Assembly (NCBI GenBank): GCA_022711115.1
Contig: JAKLFP010000006.1
Location: 86,214 to 150,213 of the forward strand
Direction of reading: 5' to 3'
DNA: 64,000 bases
DNA from: Candidatus Omnitrophota bacterium
GTDB lineage: Bacteria; Omnitrophota; Omnitrophia; Omnitrophales; Aquincolibacteriaceae
A program made the position numbers and the translations under genes. Within the stretch, counting starts at the first letter, position 1. Every line of letters starts with the position of its first letter. The notes under the pieces are model-generated. The model ran no database searches, was not told the origin of the DNA, and saw nothing but the letters and a program-made list of their open reading frames with translations. This document shows positions 52,901 to 58,900 of the stretch, piece by piece.

Positions 52901-55900
52901 CGGACATCCCACGGATTGGCAAATTCAAGGTCCAAATGTTTCAGCTTAAGACCTGCTTGAGCGAGCATTTCAGAGAGCTCTTCGGTGATTCCATGTTTGC
53001 CCGAAGCGCGCATGCCACCGATCAAGATCACCTTGGGTTTTTTCTCAAGGATCTCACGGATAACCTCCTCGGTCTGTTGCTTTTTGGATCGATCCACCTT
53101 TTCGACCAATGCTTTTCTTTCCTCTTCGGTTTTGATCGCTCGAAGTTCGTCGAGAGTTTCGGGCAGAAGTTCCAGGCTCATGCCTTCAAGGTCATAAGGT
53201 TTTTGGCCCTCAAGTTTTTTCGCCCATGCTTCGGGATGGCGCGCCAATTCCGCATTCATAATACGGATGACGGCCAAAATAAAGGCTGCTTTTCGAAGAC
53301 TTATTTTTTTCGCGTCGGCAATACGAACAACATTGTTAAAAGCGCTGATAATTTTATCTTCCATAATGCGGTTCACGGCATCTTCCGGCCATTGTTCACG
53401 AACAAGGTTCTGCCGCCATTCCAGGTAAGAAACGATCACGCCGCCCGCATTGGCAACCACATCCGGAACAACGATGACACCTTTTTGCTTCAAAATTCCG
53501 TCGGTTTCCTTGTTTTTGATCGGTCCGTTGGCTGCTTCAATCACCAATTTGACCCGGAGCAAACGGGCAATGCGTTCATCAATGGTATTTTCGAGTGCGG
53601 CAGGCACTAGGGTATGAACCTCGCTGGCCCAAAATTCTTCCTCGGAGATCACTTTCACTTCTTCGGGGTATTCTTTTGCATAATCCAAAATGGTTTTCCT
53701 GGGAAGCATGTTGCCGGCCGCGTCTTTCCTGGGTGCCAGGAATTCCAGAATCTTGGGAATGTTCAAACGTTCACCGGTTTTGGTCGCAATAGCGCCTTCT
53801 TTTTCTTTCACGGCCATAATCCTTGCTCCATTTTCATGAAAGATTTGCGCGCCATGCCCGCCCACATTGCCGAGTCCTTCAAACGCAACGGTTTGTTTTT
53901 CTATCTCTGTCCCGATGCCGAGCCGGGCTCCAAAAACTTTGACTGCTTCGCGCCAGACAAAAAACACCCCACGGCCTGTTGCTGCAGTCCGACCATGTGA
54001 ACCGCCTTTTTTCTCGGGCTTGGCGGTCACCACAGCAATGGGAGATCCTTCTACCATTGGAATTTTATGCTTTTCAGGATTTGCTAAATACGCGTCTAAA
54101 TAGGGTGTGTCGACATCTTTGGAATTGCTTAGTTTCCACCGAAATTCGATTGTTTTTTTGAATAATTTGTCATGCTTAATCTTTAAAAATTCATCTGCCA
54201 TCCATGCCATTTCCTTTTCTCCAGTGCCGACATCCGGAGCCGGAATATCATTCAAAGGACCGATCGCATCGGCATCTTTGGCAAGCAAAGCCTTCACATA
54301 ACCTCGAGTCAATCGTGCGAGCTCGCCTTCTGAAAGCTCGCGCGGATTCACGGCAATGCCTCCCTTGCCCCCTCCGTAAGGAAGCCCTGTGATGGCATTT
54401 TTGATGCTCATCCACATGGAAAGAGCCTGCACATCCTCAAGATCGACATTCGATTTATAGCGCACACCGCCTTTTCCCGCCCCCCGCGCATCATTGTGAT
54501 AGACGCGATAGCCTTTAAAGATCTTTGTGGTGCCATTATCCATACGCACCGGAATATTTACTTCAAGGATACGATAAAAGCTGAGGAGCCATTCAAGAAG
54601 TTGGGGATCAAGGTGGATCAGCTCTGCGACCTCCGAAACCTGACGCTTTGCATTATCAAGGGCCACCTGACCTTCGGATGCTTTTGCCTGTGCTTCTTTT
54701 TCTGCTCGCACTTCGGACCGTCCTTCAAGTTGGCCGGGCATGTCGGCCATCAAAATTCCCTCGTCATCTGACAGCAACGTCTGCTGACCGCCAGGCGCTA
54801 CATAGCGCGACACCGGCCTGCTGAGTTTTTTTCCTCCGCTGAAATTCAGGAAAGCGATCGGTTTCCGGTTGAATTTTTCAGAAAGTTTGGAAGCCCAAAA
54901 ATCAGCGCTAAACTGATCCGTTCCGGCCACTACCAAAATCTGGTCTGCTTCTGATAATTCGTTAAATAACCTGTCGGGAGGTGAAGTGATGTCGATGGCC
55001 CATTCACTCTCATTGCAGATGAGCAGTGCCAGTTTGAATTTTTGATTCAATAAAATGATTCGCGATTCTTGGTTATGAGCGTATTTCTTGAATTCTGTTT
55101 TTTGAACTCGACCCGTTCCATCGGAAAGGAAAAAGACATAGAAAGCCCTTAAGTACTCCAGCCCTTCGGGAGGGATCCTCTCCAAACCGTAGCCGACCGA
55201 AATTCCAAGACGCCGGACCGTTTCTGAGAGAATTCTTTCTCTTTCTTTTTCGCGTTCCGGAGTGTAGCTGTTCCAACCCACAACTTCATCCGGGCTTTCA
55301 GGGAAAACAACAAGATCGGGGGCATTTGTTCCGAATTTATCTTTGAGCCCTTGCAGAATCCCCGCCATTCTGGCTGTGCTCGCATCAAAATCATTTTCCT
55401 TCATTTGGACCCAAGCGATCCTTGGAGCGTCACTTTTTGCCTTTTCGTCAAGCCACACAATCTGTGCGGGTAACGCTTCTTCTTTTTTTCTCACTTCGGA
55501 ACGAGAAGAAACTTCGGGCGGCTGTTCTTCAAAAAGAAGATCAAGGGCCAACTGACCTTCTTGACCATAACCTTTCTGCCGAAACAGATCTTCTAAGCGA
55601 GGGCGTTGTACGAGGTCGCTGAAATCCGCATCTTCGGAAATTTGGTCTTGTATGGTCTTGCGAAGCAATTCCAGAATCCTTCCCGCGGATGAATAATCAG
55701 AACCACGTTGAGTCTTACGAATAAGAGAATCTGTTAACGCCGTAAAAATATTAGCGAGAAAAATAGTGTCTCGAGCTTCCTGAGAGATATTGGCAGGAAC
55801 ACGGCTGGCTGGTTTTTGATCCTGCATTTTTGCCCTCGCAATAGCACTTTGAATCCAGTCCATGACCGTTTTCTTGGTTTTGTTTTCAGTCCTCACTTCA

Positions 55901-58900
55901 GAACGAACTGTGGCAGAAACCGTCATCTTTTCAAGAAGCTTTTGAGGTACAGGACGGCCCTCCTCAAAAAAATTGGCTGTCGCCCAATCATAAATGGCAC
56001 CCCCTACGGATTTTTGGGCTTGGAAAAAGTTTTCTTCTTTATTGCCGGGAAATTTTGATAACGTTTCGCCGGCTACCTTTAAAAACTCACTTTCAAGAAA
56101 TGTTTGCATCTCCTTTTTTCGCTTGGATAAATCCTGAAAAAATTTTCTTTCTTCTGCACTTGCGGTTTCTTCTATGTTTTTGGGGCGTTCAAGGAGTCTT
56201 TCGATAAAAAGCTTGGCGTAGAATTGCGCCATTTCGAGGTTAATCTTGTCCCATTTTAAATTTTTAAGCTCTTCGAGGGCTTTCTGCGCTTGCTGCCCCG
56301 CCGTCGTCAAAGCATCTTTTTTGGATAGGGCCAATTTTTGCCAATATTCGGAAGGCATACTCGCGATCATTTCGGGCGTTAGGTCATCCGCGCGAGTTGC
56401 GTTTTTGATTTTTTCCCAAGCAGCTTCGTTTTGTGCTAGGAATGCAGCTTCAGCTTCTCTTTTTTCAGCTTCAACGGCTTCCAGCTCTTCGATCTCCTTG
56501 TTTGTCACATCGAGTAAGAGGCGGCTCTTTTTCTCTAGAGCTTTTTGTTTTAACTCAGGAGTCGGCAACGCTTCGATGATTTCTTTTGTGATTTCTCCTG
56601 GCTCTGTTGCGTTCTGAACTACGGTGAGAGCATTCTTTACAGCCTGTCGCTTATTTTGCTCAACAACGCGCATGTAGTCTGTTTGAACCTGACCCATTTG
56701 CTTTGCTGTCCTGGTTTCTCCTTCTTGCATCAGTTTGGCTGTCGCTAATGCCTTTTTTTTAGCCCTTGCTAATTCCTGCCAATATCCGGATGGCATCCTT
56801 GCGATCATGGCTGGGGTGATGCTTTTGCTGCTTGTGGCTGTCCGGATGGTTTCCCAAACTTTTTTATTTTTTTCTGCTTGGACATCACCGGATCTCCGGA
56901 CTTCAGCTTCTTCAGATTCCATCTTCGAAATTTCCGCAGCTGTTATCTCCGAGAAAAGACGGCTTTTTGTCGCGATGGCTTCCTGTTTCAACGCCTGCGT
57001 CGGCAGTGCGTCGATAATTTCTTGCGTGATTTCTCCGGGCTCCATGGCACGCCGCACTACTTCTAAGGCATTTTGGATGATTTGCCGATCGTGCGCCTGA
57101 AGTTCGCGAGTCTGTTGCTCAAGCAAGGCTGTCTGACGAGCTTCACCGGCCGCTATGACTTTCCCCCATGACAATTGAGAAGCTTTTATTGCCGCTTTTT
57201 GGGCCTTTTGAACAGCAGCTTCTTTTGCAGCTTTTTCATCGGCCTTTTTCTTCGGTAAGGCAGCTCCCTGGGCAAGTTTCGACTTTTGAGCTGCTTCTTT
57301 GGATTTCTGAGTTTCTTGTTTCTCCCTTTCTTTTTGTTCCTTGGCCAACAAAGTAGCTATCTTCAAGGCTTCTGCCTTTTGAGCCGCCTCCTTGGCTTTT
57401 TGAGCCGCTTTTTCTTCCTCTTCTCTTTGTTTTTTTTCTAAAGCAGCTATTTTCGCAGCTTCTGATTTTTGAGCTGCTCTTTCTTCTTTTTCTTTTTCCT
57501 TTTTTTCAAGAGCGGCTAATTGGGCTTCGGACAAGCTTGGCTTTGCCGGTCGCGAAGTAATAATCTTTGGCTCTCTCCTTTGAGCCCGTTCAACCAAATA
57601 AGTTTTAAGAACCTCGCTTTCGGGATACATCTGCTGCAACTGGGTCATGGCACCATGGATCTGCTCCATGGTTCCCGTTTTTTGGATCTGGCGCACGCGG
57701 GCTTCTACTGCATTCCGAACGGTTTGAATATACATGTCCCTGTCACGCCGCTGCCTTTGTTTGATCTGTTGCAGATCCAAAAGTTTTTCGGCTGTCTTTT
57801 TTAAATCAGGATGTTTCGCGACCCACTGAGCCAATGCTTCTTGGAAGCGCCGGCCAATAAACACATTTCTTTTGCCAAAAAAAACATCCGCATTCCCTTT
57901 CCCATAGATTTGATTGATCTTCCGTCCGATACTTGTTGTTTCGATGACGCGCAGTTCGTTGGCGAGTATTTCAAGAGGAACGGGCATATTTTTGAATTGC
58001 GGGTTTCCATAATCGCGGATTCTTTTCAAAGCGCTATCCACTAATTCTGTGAAATCTTTATTTTCACTCGGAAGATGCAGTCCCCAAACTCCCATCTCCC
58101 TGAAATCCACTTCAAAACGGTGGATCGTGGAAGCTACAATCCCCGTTGTTTTTTCAAGGGCTTCCTTCAAACGAAGAAGCGTCAGCTTTTGATCTTTCGC
58201 GAGTTCTTTTTCGAGGTCTTCGACAGTCTTTATCACGGTATCGAACGTCAGCGTGACATGGCCGAGATTGACCTTTGTTTCCTTTGCTTTCTTTGCTCTT
58301 ACCTCGGAGCGAGAATGCGAAAGAAAAAGTTCCTGGATAGCCGACTTCTGATAATTCATGTCGGCGGGCCAGTCCTTTCCAAGAACGCCGTGGGCCCATT
58401 CGTGAAGATCCGCAAGAATATCCAAGAAAAATGCTTCTTTGGGATGGAGATCCGCAAGCTCGTGCGCGTAACCGATAATAGAAAACCGTTTGAGTGAATC
58501 AAGAAAAGTCAGTGCGCCATGAAAATTTGTATCCGCCGTACCGGCCTCAAGCGCCAAAAAAAGATCTTCCGATTCCTGGATCAATCGCTCAAGAAGTGGC
58601 CGCCAAATTTGATGCGCGGGAGTAGAGCTCGAGAGATTCCATTGTTGCAGGACCTTTACAAGTCGATTGTTGGTCCGGTCTAAAAGGCTCTTCAGCTCCT
58701 TGATGGATTTTTCATCCGCAGGCGAAAAAGAAATATTCCTGGAAAAAACAACCCCATAGAAATTTTTATCCGGTATCGGAGAAATCCCAGGGACATGCTG
58801 CCTGGTGAACATATCCAATGCCTCAAGCCATAAACCTGAAAGCTGATAATAAACTGCTCCAAAATGCGCCAAAAGCACGTCACCCTCTTTGGCATTCCCT

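Noticed and set aside
52528-53610. A 360-aa plus-strand ORF, and many other plus-strand ORFs of 60-260 aa between 26 and 61 kb (for example 45356..46045, 47725..48345, 49759..50529, 50708..51259).
   Set aside because: They lie antisense to the giant ORF. Their translations are low-complexity or R/F/L-rich with no recognisable motifs. The minus-strand frame carries clear enzyme signatures throughout. These are shadow ORFs.
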